From assembly GCA_043228905.1 (NCBI GenBank), contig JBHGNT010000009.1, positions 10,788,001 through 10,852,000 on the forward strand: a DNA stretch of 64,000 nt, written 5' to 3'. A program made the translations under genes and the position numbers. Origin of the DNA: Azolla caroliniana (taxonomy: Eukaryota > Plantae > Polypodiophyta). Of this stretch, positions 40,949 through 52,600 are shown piece after piece; within the stretch, counting starts at the first letter, position 1; every line of letters starts with the position of its first letter. Below the pieces are notes generated by a model. The model was not told where the DNA came from. It made no database searches and saw nothing but the letters and a program-made list of their open reading frames with translations.

Positions 40949-41014
40949 TTTCTAGAATGTTCTAGAATGTTCTAGACCTAGAATGCTCTAGGACATTCTA
41001 GAACATTCTAGAAT
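40949..41014. promoter_or_regulatory. Heat-shock element arrays in the Tcn1-G LTR (second copy 46271-46336)
   Basis: TTCtaGAAtgTTCtaGAAtgTTC and TTCtaGAAcaTTCtaGAA, 25-90 bp upstream of the minus-strand TATAAATA at 40917-40924. Confidence 0.75.
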
Positions 41015-41076
41015 AATCTAGAGTTTTAACAATAATCAATGTAATACAAGAAGTAGCTTTTATTGTTTCATATAAC

Positions 41077-41150
41077 AATAAGCTATCTTAATGGTTGAGG
41101 TTTCCAATTATGGATTACAAGGTTCGAGGTTCAAGTCCGGGTGACGCCAT
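41077..41150 (+). promoter_or_regulatory. tRNA-like Pol III internal promoter (A and B boxes) in the Tcn1-G LTR (second copy 46399-46472); not an intact tRNA
   Basis: A box TATCTTAATGG at 41084 and B box GGTTCAAGTCC at 41128, offset 44 nt as in tRNA; stems are degenerate. Confidence 0.6.
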
Positions 41151-44100
41151 AATGGTCATGTGTTCATGACACTATCCCTCATTCGAGAACGCCGAGTGGA
41201 AGTCAGCGTTAACAGTGTTGGGCCGGGCTTGTTTGGATAGTGACGATGGAAGTCGTTGACCAGAGCTTCAGCATTACAAACGTTATCGATGGGTTCCCAA
41301 GTGGGATCACTCGGAGGATAGCCAAGCCAATCAACTAGATAATAAAGCTTATTGCGCACAATCTTAGAATCGAGAATAGCAGCTACCTCGTATTCGGGGT
41401 TGTCCACAAGTTGTACAGAAGGCGGTGGTGGCATGACACGATTAGGAATTAAAGAGGTGCAGCAAGGTTCCAAAAGAGAGCTATGAAAGACAGGGTGAAG
41501 CCGCATATGTGCAGGAAGGTTGAGATGAAATGTTGCATCATTAATCTGCGTCGTGATGACAAAAGGACCTAAGCGTTGATAGTCAAGCTTAGCACACGGT
41601 CGGGTAGTCTTGATGTGACGACGAAGCAACCATACACGGTCACCAACCTTAAACGGAGACTTAAGACGATGTCGATCGGCATTGGTCTTATGGTGTGCTT
41701 GTGCTTTTTGAAGATGTGACAATAACTCGAACTGGATTTGTTGTAGTCGGTGGAGGTGATGCGCCGCACTAGGGTTTCGTGACACCTCAGGAAGATCCAG
41801 TATACACCATCGAGGGTGGTTGCCGGTGTAGGCAAAGAAAGGTGTAACTTTGGTAGAAGAGCGGACCGTGTTGTTGTATGCAAACTCGGCAAAATGTAAA
41901 ATATTACTCCAATCATCTTGTTGATAACTAATGAAACATCGAAGATATTGCTCGAGCGTTTGATTTGTGCGCTCTGTTTGTCCGTCAGTTTGTGGATGAT
42001 AAGCCGAAGAGAGTTTGCAAGAGATTTTGAGGCCTGCCCATAGGTGCTTCCAAAAGTGTGAGATAAATTGAGGACCGCGATCGCTAATAATATCATTCGG
42101 GAGACCATGATGGCGAACCACTTCACGCATAATGAGATTTGCAGTTTCTTCACTATTGATGGTCTTTACACATGGTACAAAATGTGCCATCTTGGTGAAC
42201 CGATCCACTACTGTTAAAATAGTATCAAAGCCTTTGGAAGGTGGCAGATCCGTAATGAAATCCATAGAAATAGACTGCCATGGCTTGTTGGGGAGGGGTA
42301 ATGGTCGTAGTAAGCCACAAGGGTGATGTCGAGGTATTTTGGCACGACATCAGGTGTCACAAGTGCGAACATAATCTTCGACAAATTTTTGCAAGTGAGG
42401 CCACCAAAACGAACGTTTCACCAGCTCAATGGTCTTGGAAATACCAAAATGTCCAGCCATGGGGGCATCATGACAATGTTCCAACACTTGAAGTCGGGGT
42501 GATCCGTCGGGGACATAAAGGAAATTCTTGTATAAGAGTAAGCCATCTTGCCACTTGAAGTCCTGATAATGTTGAGATGACCCTGGCAATGTGGAGCAAG
42601 ATGGACGACTTGAACCACAGTGGGCTAAGACATCCTTAGCAAAATCATCTGAATGAAGTTGTTGCCAAATAGTGTCAAGAAGGGTAGAATCAAGTGGCGT
42701 GGCATAAATTGTGTTACCTGTAGCTTTGATGGTCTGAGGAGAGTTTGCTTTTGATTGTCAAAGGCCGGATCTCCAGGTTGAAGTGCTAGATACGAACGCC
42801 GAGACAGAGCATCTGCTTTCCCTTGTTGTTTCCGGGGCGAAAAATGATCTTGAAATCGAAACGCGTTAGAAATTGGGCCCACCGAGCTTGTCGTCTATTT
42901 AATACTCAAGTTGTTTGAAAATGTGTGAGATTTTTGTGATCACTATAAATGATAATCTGATGAGGTGATCCTTCTAGAAAATGACGCCATTGCTTGAATG
43001 AGTCGACCACAGCTAGTAACTCCTTGTCATGCACCTCATAGTTTATCTCCGAAACAGTAAATTTTCTTAAGTGAAACACGACTGGATGTGTCTGCCTGTC
43101 CTCGCCTAGTTGCGATAGGATACTCCCCAATGCAAAGTTTGATGCATCCGCCTCAATAGTAAATGGCTTTTCAGGATCAATATGTGCTAGGATGGGTGCT
43201 GATGTGAATGCCTCTTTCAACTGCGTAAAAGCCTTGTCCGCTTCGATACTCCAAAAAAATGCTTGATTTTTCTTGGTGAGTTGGGTAAGGGGCAACACAA
43301 TGCTTGAATAATTATGTATGAATTTGCGATAGAAGTTCGTAAATCCGAGGAAACACTGGACATCCCGAACTGAGCATGGGGGTTTCCATTCCAATATTGT
43401 TTGGACTTTTGCCGGGTCCATGAAAACACCCTAGGATGAGATAGTATATCCCAAAAATTCGACTTGTTTGCAATCAAAATTGCATTTCTCAAGTTTGGCA
43501 TAAGACCATACTTCCTTAAGCGTTCAAGTACTTGCCGCACATGTATATCATGCTCCCCCTATGTTTTAGAGTAAATCAATAGATCATCTAGGTAGATGAT
43601 TAGAAAAATATCCAAGAAATCCCGGAAGATGTCATTTGCCATATGTTGGAATACTGCAGGTGCATTTGTGAGCCCGAAAGGCAATGACTGTATACTCAAA
43701 ATGACCATACCGAGTACGAAATGTTGTTTTCCACTCATCTCCCGGCCGAATTCGAACAAGATTATATGCACCCCTTAGATCAAATTTGGTAAAATGCTTT
43801 GCCCCACCAATGCGTTCTAAGAGATTGGAGATTAAAGGTAAAGCATACCTATTCCTTATGGTGACTTTATTTAAGCCTCAATAGTCCACGACCAAACGAA
43901 GGGAGCCATCCTTTTTCTTCACAAAAAAGATAGGAGCACCAGCTGGAGACTTTGAATGTCGAATAAACCCATGTGCAAGATTTTCCTTGATGTATTCTCG
44001 AAGAACCTCAAGCTCAGTGGGTGATAAATTGTAAATCGAACCCCATAATGGCTCTTTTCCTGGTTGGAGATCAATAGGACAGTCGTACGGCCGATGCTTT

Positions 44101-45997
44101 GGAAGAACACTAGCTTTGACTTTGTCGAAAACATCAGCATAGTCTTGATATTTTTTGGGAATTTGGATGTCTAAATTCCCTTGAGTGACACTAGAAGGTG
44201 TCACTGATACTACAAATAAGAAAAGGTCCTCCTTGCCTCCCACTTGGCGCAATTGTTGCAATGTGATGGCTGAAATTTGATGAGAAGGATATGGTGCATC
44301 GGTAGAACTATATAATTTGGGAGGATAATCCCAAGTTCGATCCTTGACAATGATATTTTCTACTAAAGGGCACCTAATTTCTTGCTTCCTCCAATCAATT
44401 CTAGGGTTATGTAGCTCGAACCATGGCAAACCAAGGACAATTGGATGCTCAGGACTACGGATTACGTTAAAGGAAACTACACATCCTAAATCACCCAAGA
44501 GTATGTGTATTGGCTCAGACTCTTCAAATATCTTCCCGGAAGCTATGGGGCATCCATCAATCACTACTACGGAAACTGGACAAGGAAGTGTATGCAAGGA
44601 TATTTGGTGTTTTTGGGCAAAATCTTTATCCATGAAACAAGAATTGGCTCCAGTATCTAAGAGGGCTTGGACTTGAAGTTGACAACTGGGTGTCCTAACT
44701 TGTACTAGGGCTAAGAAGACTCTACTAACATGCTTGGAAGAAATGGAACCCACACTAGGTTGTACATATCTAGGGTTGTCCAACCAAATGGCTCCTATTT
44801 TGGCCGGACTTATTCGTTTGACTCCTCTTCTAATTGGCTTAGGACTTCAAATTTATTGGACAAGGGTGGATTATTCATAATATTAGATTCACTAACTGCT
44901 TCTAAAATATTGGACTCATTTTTATTGTCATAGTGAATTTGATTTACCCGACGTCTCGGCCTACGAGAGCAATGAATGGCTATATGTCCTAGACCTCCGC
45001 AATATAAGCATAGATGGTTTGCTCGACGACGTTGCTTCTCTTCGTCTGACAACAGTCCTCGTCGTTGAGTCATATCGATCTCCATGGGTGCAGGACTATC
45101 CATTGGGACTGGACTGCGTGTTTGCCTTGGAGTTGGAGTAGGGCTATACATTTTCCTTGGGGATGATTGGGTCGTTACTGATGCATAAGTTGGTGTGAAT
45201 CTTGATCTTGTTATTTGTTGTTGTCGCTCACATCAACGCTCAAAAAGGCGATTATCACACCGTATTGCTCGACTAATAGCTTCTGTAAGTGACCTTGGAT
45301 CCTTGGGGAAGGTAAGAAGTAAGTCTTTGATATCACTACAAAGGCCTAAATAGAATTGCTCCATTAGGGCTTGTTCATCCCAAGGAATATCGCTTGCGAT
45401 GAGACGGAAATTGGCAACATATGTCGAATCTGGTTGATCACCTTGACGAAGTGTACGAATCTTGTTGATAGTTGTTCTCGCCTCATCAGTATCTCCGAAA
45501 CAAGCCTTAAATTCCTTGATAAATTCCTCAAAATTATTTAGTAGAGGAGAATTGGTCTCTAGTAATGGAGCAAACCACGACAATGCTATGCAAGTCAATA
45601 AAGTGCCCACTAGCCCAACTCGTGATGCATCTGTTGGATAACGTGCGGGATGCATTTGAATCACCAACCGTACTTGATTCAAAAAACCTCGGAAATGCGC
45701 CCTCGACCCATCAAATTTAGCTGGGAGGCTAATTTTGGGCTCCTTGATAAGTCCCTAACCTTCAACCCTTTGTTGTTGTAACACTATGATTGTCGACTCT
45801 AACTGTTGCACTCGTCGCATGAACTCCTCTTGTTGTTGTTGCTTCTCTATAGTAACCTTTTGTAGATCCCCAAGTAGACGTTAATTCTCTACTTCAAGAG
45901 ATGCGAACTTGGATTTAAGGTTCTCCATTTCTTCAACAAGGGTGAGATATTCTTCTGAGTTAATGGCAACCATGGTTTCAGGATGGTTACAGAGGAG

Positions 45998-46040
<43 letters not shown>

Positions 46041-47560
46041 GAATCAAACTGTCAGAACCAAGGATAAAAGATAGAGTGATGGAAGAAGGATATTAGAGAA
46101 CACAAGAAGAAAGGAACCAAATACTAAGAGAAGAATGGATGTATAAGATAGAGAAAGAAAGAGAATGGATACAAGATATGTAATGAGAGCTAAAGACTGG
46201 TGTTGATTCGAATTGATTTGAGAATACATGTATCCCCTTATTTATAGGTTCCTATAGAATAGCTTAGAGATTTCTAGAATGTTCTAGAATGTTCTAGACC
46301 TAGAATGCTCTAGGACATTCTAGAACATTCTAGAATAATCTAGAGTTTTAACAATAATCAATGTAATACAAGAAGTAGCTTTTATTGTTTCATATAACAA
46401 TAAGCTATCTTAATGGTTGAGGTTTCCAATTATGGATTACAAGGTTCGAGGTTCAAGTCCGGGTGACGCCATAATGGTCATGTGTTCATGACAGAATGTA
46501 TGCCCAAGAAGTGTTGGATTATCACCAAAATTCTTTATGGTGTATTGGGATGATATATTTAATGTTTTCACAACCTCCTTACATGAGGGTTTTCATTTGG
46601 GAAGGATGTTCATTGAGTGGAATGAAGGAATGGTTTATTTGATTGCAACGTTAGATGGTGTGTGGATGATAGTAAGAAATGGAGGATAAAGTTTATGCTA
46701 AATTATTAGTTGCCCATTTGCAACCCTTTCTTCCAAAAATAGTACATAAGACTCATACAAGCTTTATACATGAAAGGAGTATATTTGATAATATCTTCAT
46801 GTTTTGCGAGATGATAACAATTGCGCAAGAAACAAAACAAGACTTAGCAATATTGTTTTCGGATTTTGAGAAAGCTTATGATATTTAAAGTATTCTACAT
46901 TTATTCTCAGTATTTAAAAAAAGAAGGCACATAATACATTTAGAATACTTAGCATACATATTCTACACGTATCATATGCTAAGTACATATTCTACAAGAA
47001 TGATGTAAAACTCCAACATTTTTTATCACCGAATATGAATGACTAAATTTGGGAGTGGTGGCTGAAATATTTTGGGCTCTAATGTTTTGGTTTCTCATGA
47101 TCTTTAAAGTTTTTGGTTTTGTAGAACATGTGAACTTTGAAGTTTTTCATGACTGAAAATTGTGCTATTTGAAGTTTCTAGTCTCTTAAAAAAAACTTTG
47201 GTGGTTAAAATTTTCATGTTGGCTAAAATTTTAATTGTGGATGAAATTTGAGAAGGTTAGGTGTTTGCCATGATCACAAACTTTTTATTTACATTCAACG
47301 ATAGCCCAAGTTTTTGGTGAGTGGAATTTCTATATCTAAAACTCATAGATTTTGATCTCTTAAAATGTTTTTGATTTTTTTTTGGTGTTTTTGAAATAAA
47401 TGGTCTCTTTAGAAATTTCAATCGGGTTAGATGCAGGTAGCCAGATTAGAAATGTGGGGCCGGGTTAGACGTGACAAAGACAAGAAGAGAGTCAGGTAGA
47501 GGAGACAGATGCAAGGGTAGAGCCAAGTTAGATGCAATAGAGGCTGGTTAGAGCAAGGTT

Positions 47561-47604
<44 letters not shown>

Positions 47605-47746
47605 GAAAGGTTGGCTAGAGCGCGAGCCAGTTAGAATTTACAACCTCTTGGGTTATTTATGGGCGTGCGCTTATTTAGGATAATGATTTTGACGGTGTAG
47701 ATCACATGCAATTATCGAAAAGTGCCCTACCACGCCACACCTCTTT

Positions 47747-49255
47747 ATGATTTTATACATACATAATATTGTATATATTGGGAAATGCACATAAGATATC
47801 AAAACCAACCTACTTAGCTTCTTACTTTTTGCTAAATTTATAGTTGATACAAAGATACCCCTTTGGGTTGGCTTAGCTACATGCATTCTAAAAAGGGTGG
47901 CACAAAGGAACACATCCACACCACATATGATTTTATACATACACAATATTGTATATATTGTGAAATGCACATAAGATATCAAAACCAACCTACTTAACTT
48001 CTTACTTTTTGCTCAATTTATAGTTGATACAAAGATACCCCTTTGGGTTGGCTTAGCTACATGCATTCTAAAAAGGGTGTGCTAAAAGGGTGGCACAGAG
48101 GAACACATCCACACCACATACCCCCCTGAGAGAAACAAGAGACTGAGGAGCTGGAGCATGAACATGAGTAGTGACTTGGCGAAGGAGGGGGGCATATGTT
48201 GGAGATAGAGCCACCAAGTGGCACTATCCATGTTGGTAGGTTTGGAATGGACATCAATGGACGATTCTGGTGGGAGGCGAAGGTTACACCCATAGAGTGA
48301 TCGAAAAGGGCTGATCTGTGTCAACGCCTGTATGAATGTATTGTAGGCATGGGTGATGAAAGAAAAGATTTGATCCTAGGTTTTGTGGCATGGATCGATG
48401 CAAGTGACAATTCCTTCTTGAGGGTCTTGTTGAGGCGTCCGATGAGGCCATTTGTCTGAGGATGGTATGGGGACGTAAACACCTGCTGGGCACCTAGTTG
48501 AGCTGCAACAACGTTGAGGACATCCATGTGGAACTAGCGACCTTGATCAAATAATAGTTGGGCGGGGTTAGTGACATAAAACGAGTTAGCAATTGGCGGA
48601 TAGAGATCAATCGCTCCTGTGGACTGAGGGCCACCTGGACTTGGCTGAGGTGGGGGACATGAGGGCTACTATCGTGTAGGAGGGGGATCAGGGGAGCTTG
48701 TGGGTAGTGAAATCAATTATAGCGCGATGCTTGAGGAACCAATCACAACCTAAGGCGAGGGGGAGGAGTTAGTGAGGAAAGACATAAAAGTGGTGTGAGA
48801 AAGTGAGATTGCCTAAGGTGACGGTGCAACGGGCGTGTGTGTGAGAGTGGTATAGATGTTGGTGATCGCCAAAAAGGACTTGGATGGAGGGCCTAACTGG
48901 TGAACGAAGGCGGTGCTAATGGAAGAGATACAACTACCAGTGACTAACAAGATAGTGTGGGTCGAGTGATTGATGGTGGCGAGAGAGATGTATACATATA
49001 AAGCGGAAGAGACAGATCCTTGGACGTGGGGGACTGGTACCCCACTTCTCCACCAATATGTGAAATGCACATAAGCTATCAAAACCAACCTACTTAGTTT
49101 TTTACTTCTTGCTCAATTTATAATTGATACAAAGGTACCCATTTGGGTTTGCTTAGTTACATGCATTCTAAAAAGGGTGTGCTAAAAGGGTGGGTTGGCT
49201 TACATACATGCATGCTAAAAGGGGTGGCAGAAAAGAACACATGCACACCACACCA
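47747..49255. repeat. About 180-bp AT-rich repeat: two tandem copies (47747-48120) and a third partial copy (about 49055-49255)
   Basis: GAAATGCACATAAGATATCAAAACCAACCTACTTA...ATGCATTCTAAAAAGGGTG recurs three times. Confidence 0.85.
48125..49050 (-). pseudogene. Degenerate Gypsy protease/integrase fragment
   Basis: FTSPYHPQTNGLIGRLNKTLKK and SPFRSLYG (integrase); ILLVTGSCISSI (protease-like). Confidence 0.65.
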
Positions 49256-49409
49256 CAATATGTATGCATTTGTGGTTACATACTTTTACTTAGTCGTAAA
49301 TAGAAACGAAGCATATCCGTAGGATCCGTCAATCCATCATCTACCGATTGTACATACATACATATTTACATACCACTACCGTCGTTCTATTTCTCTCTGT
49401 CTCTCTCTG

Positions 49410-49445
<36 letters not shown>

Positions 49446-49611
49446 ACAGGCCATGGATCTTTCTTCCCTCTCTGTTCCTTCTTCTTCTTCTTCTATCGCT
49501 TCTTTCCTTCCCGACATTTCTCGTCAGTTCAATCGTGATTCTCATTGGCACTAACCTTGCACAGCGTCTTCTCTGTCTCTGTCTCTCTAGGCAGAGACTA
49601 TATAAGAAGAA

Positions 49612-52600
49612 ATGGGTAGAAGTAAGTTCTCTGTTTTCTCCCACATTTTTTCTCCTCTTACGAAGATGTGCTTCTGGTAAAGGTTTAGATGAAAAATTTC
49701 TGTGAACAAACAATCAGGTAGGAACCAGAGAAGACAGATGACAAGGATGGATGATTCAGATTACGACACCATGAGCACAAGCTCTACTGCTACCTCATCA
49801 GACTTCACTTTCATCATTCAAGATATGGAAGACGAAAGACAGGAGAACACTTCTTCTTCCTTCGATGCTTTCATAGAGTCTCTCTACGAGAAAAGGTCAG
49901 TCAAGATAAAACTTATGTTCTTATCATATGAATCTCTCTGTTCTCTAAAGAGTTTTCAGTCTGCTTCTTTGACAGGGCGAAAACTCGTGAAGAAGGGTTA
50001 AAGGGACTCATAAATGCTTTGAGGAGTAATGTATTGATCGATTATGTCGAATCAAAGTAAACATTTCTTTGCTTTTGTTTCATTCTGATGATGATGAAGA
50101 AAAAAATTGGGTTATGTGCACATATACACGTATTGTATGTTAATTTTTGGGCTTTTGAAATGTGAGGATTTTTTATCCAGCTATGAAACACTTCTCCATT
50201 TGTGTATCGGTTCTGTCAAGAAAGGAGCAGGCTCTGAAATTGCCCTAGCATCTCAACTTATTGGTAACAAAACAAAACAAAAACTATATTATGTTTATAT
50301 TACATTTTACACTGTTAAAATTGATTCAGTTTACAATCATCATAAGGTCTTTTTTTGGGTTAGAATCCACAATGATTTTATTAGCTTACTTTACCTCACA
50401 ATTCTCATTTGAGTTTTTTGTTTTAAATCAATGGATGATCTTCTAATATGGTTATGAAGCATGGTCTACCTTAATGGAAATCTTACGTGCAATAATCATA
50501 CCGAAAAGTCTTTTAGGTTGCAAATATCTAATGGCAATCACTAAATTTAAGTAAAAATATATATGAAACATTAATAAGATTCATGAGATTGAGGAAAAAA
50601 AATGGAAGAGGAGGAAAATTGGGAACTCTAAATAAGAATGAGTCTTTGGGGAAAAAGAATGAGAAAAAGATAGCTGCAATAGCAAAACTTGGGGAAAAGG
50701 AGGAGATTGACGAAAGTTTTGTTTGGGTGAAAAAGTAGAGTTACTTTTACGTATCTTTTCACATTAGATAGTTAGAAATCTGTGTCAAATTGTAGTGTGT
50801 GTCTTAATGGGCACATACATGTTATGAGCTTTGTATTGGCTATTTATATGAATAGCAAAAAAGGTTAGGTTTAATGCTAAGTTGTATGTAATACATATGC
50901 TTGTAATGTTAAGTTTTTTGACATTATTATTGAATATAGAGAATAATTTTGTATGTGCCTACACTCTCCCTCACTCTCTCACTAGGTTCATGGTTTCTTT
51001 TTTCGAGTATAAATTATACATGCATAAAGGCATTTTGATTCCATCTGCCGCTGCAATAGATTCGCCATCGATCTCTAAAGTTGGTATCAGAGCATCTAGG
51101 TTTTAGTGTTGAGCAAAGTCCGGCCATCAATCTTTGCTGTATCTCAATACAAGACCTTTGAACTCTTGAATTTAGAAACTATCTGCTCGCCATGAAGTTG
51201 TCTCCACAACATTCACTGTTTTCCACTACCTCTTGAAGCCAATGAACATTCGACTCTTGAGATTCACTTTGAGCTTTGGTCTCGAGCATTGAGCTTGACC
51301 ATTGATATTGCGCATTGAGCTTGGATGTTGGTCTTGAGAATTGAGCTCGATCTTGAGCATTGGACTTGGACTTTGATCTCGAGGATTAAACTTGAACACT
51401 TGGCTCAAAAATTTGAGATTGTTCTGCTCTCTGAACAATTTTTAGGCACTCGACACATGCCTGGGATGGCATTGACATCAGAGTCTATGACTATGTGTTT
51501 AAGGAAGTTTGACGAATCAAACTTGAATTTTTGGAAGGAGCAAATGCAAGAGTATCTCATTGTTAAAGGACATCTAGATCTGATTGAGAATGAATCGGCA
51601 TCATTCGAATGAGGATGCAAAATGGTTGAAACTTGGTCAACTAGCTAGAGAGACCATTCAAATGGATCTCTTTGAATCAGTGTATATTTCACAATACACT
51701 CGTGAATGATAGCTTACAATTTGTGGCAGATGCTATCGGGTGCCTATGAGAAGAAAGCCATGTCGACAAAGATATAGCTCATTTGGCAGCTTTACAACCT
51801 TTAGGTCAAATAATTGGACTCAGTTCTTGCTCGGTGAAGGCGTATGAGGGCATTGCCTCACAGTTGTAGGCTTTGGGGATGAAGATTGCTCTTCTTTTGA
51901 TGAGAACTTTGCTGACATTGTGGGAAACATTTGTGACAATGGTTCGCGATTCAAGCATGACCGACTTGACTTATGGCATGACCACCATTGGCATCTTATC
52001 TGAAGATGCCCAACGTAAGACATTTGCACAAAACTAAATTTGTGATGCATACAACGTGCAAACTTTTATTGAGTGGAAGACACAATAGAACTCAGAGTTC
52101 CTACTGAGGCTTGACCAGTTAGAGGAGCTGAATCAAGTTATAGGATGCTCGAACTTGCACTTATTGCAAGAAGCCAGGATACATCAAGTCTGAATGTCGA
52201 GTCTTGAAGGCTAAAAACGACAAAGCTCAAAGATCTAGGGAATTTGACAATTGAGGCGATTGGATGGAGGAGGTGAACCATATGACTTTAGCCATTGTTG
52301 GCAAAATTAGTTTGTCAGCTAAATTTGTTGAAGTGACCAAGGATGATTCCATAGCTGATTTGAACATTCTTACTCTAGAGACTGTCGTTGAAGCAAAAGT
52401 TTTGCTTACCATAGAAGAAGCCACCAATTGGCTTCTTGACTTTGGCTCTTCCTACCATGTTACTCCATTCGATCATAGTTTCAATTGTACACTACTTAGA
52501 ACTTAATCTTCACGGTGGTTCTATCTCTAGTTCCATAGGATGTCCAACATGTCCTTGATTTCAGCCAATCTTTGATCTCTATTGAACAACTTCACAAAGC

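Larger units (their letters stand above)
40728..46493 (-). mobile_element. Tcn1-G: full-length Tcn1-like chromovirus (Ty3/Gypsy), coding region disabled
   Basis: 444-bp LTRs 40728-41171 and 46050-46493 appear identical; TSD GAATG. gag, LLDTGAN protease, YLDD RT, EADAS RNase H, integrase MDFITDLP, C-terminal chromodomain YEVAAILD...YLVDWLGY...TWEP. Confidence 0.95.
39842..46890 (+). pseudogene. Degraded L1-type LINE ORF2 remnant (about 39850-40160, 40600-40727, 46499-46890) interrupted by Tcn1-G
   Basis: CPRSVGLSPKFFMVYWDDI (the PGPDG..EF motif) right after the TSD; AKLLVAHLQPFLPKIVH...RSIFDNI...DFEKAYD. Confidence 0.65.

Noticed and set aside
41077-41150. Functional tRNA gene
   Set aside because: Acceptor, anticodon and T stems do not pair; only the promoter boxes are retained
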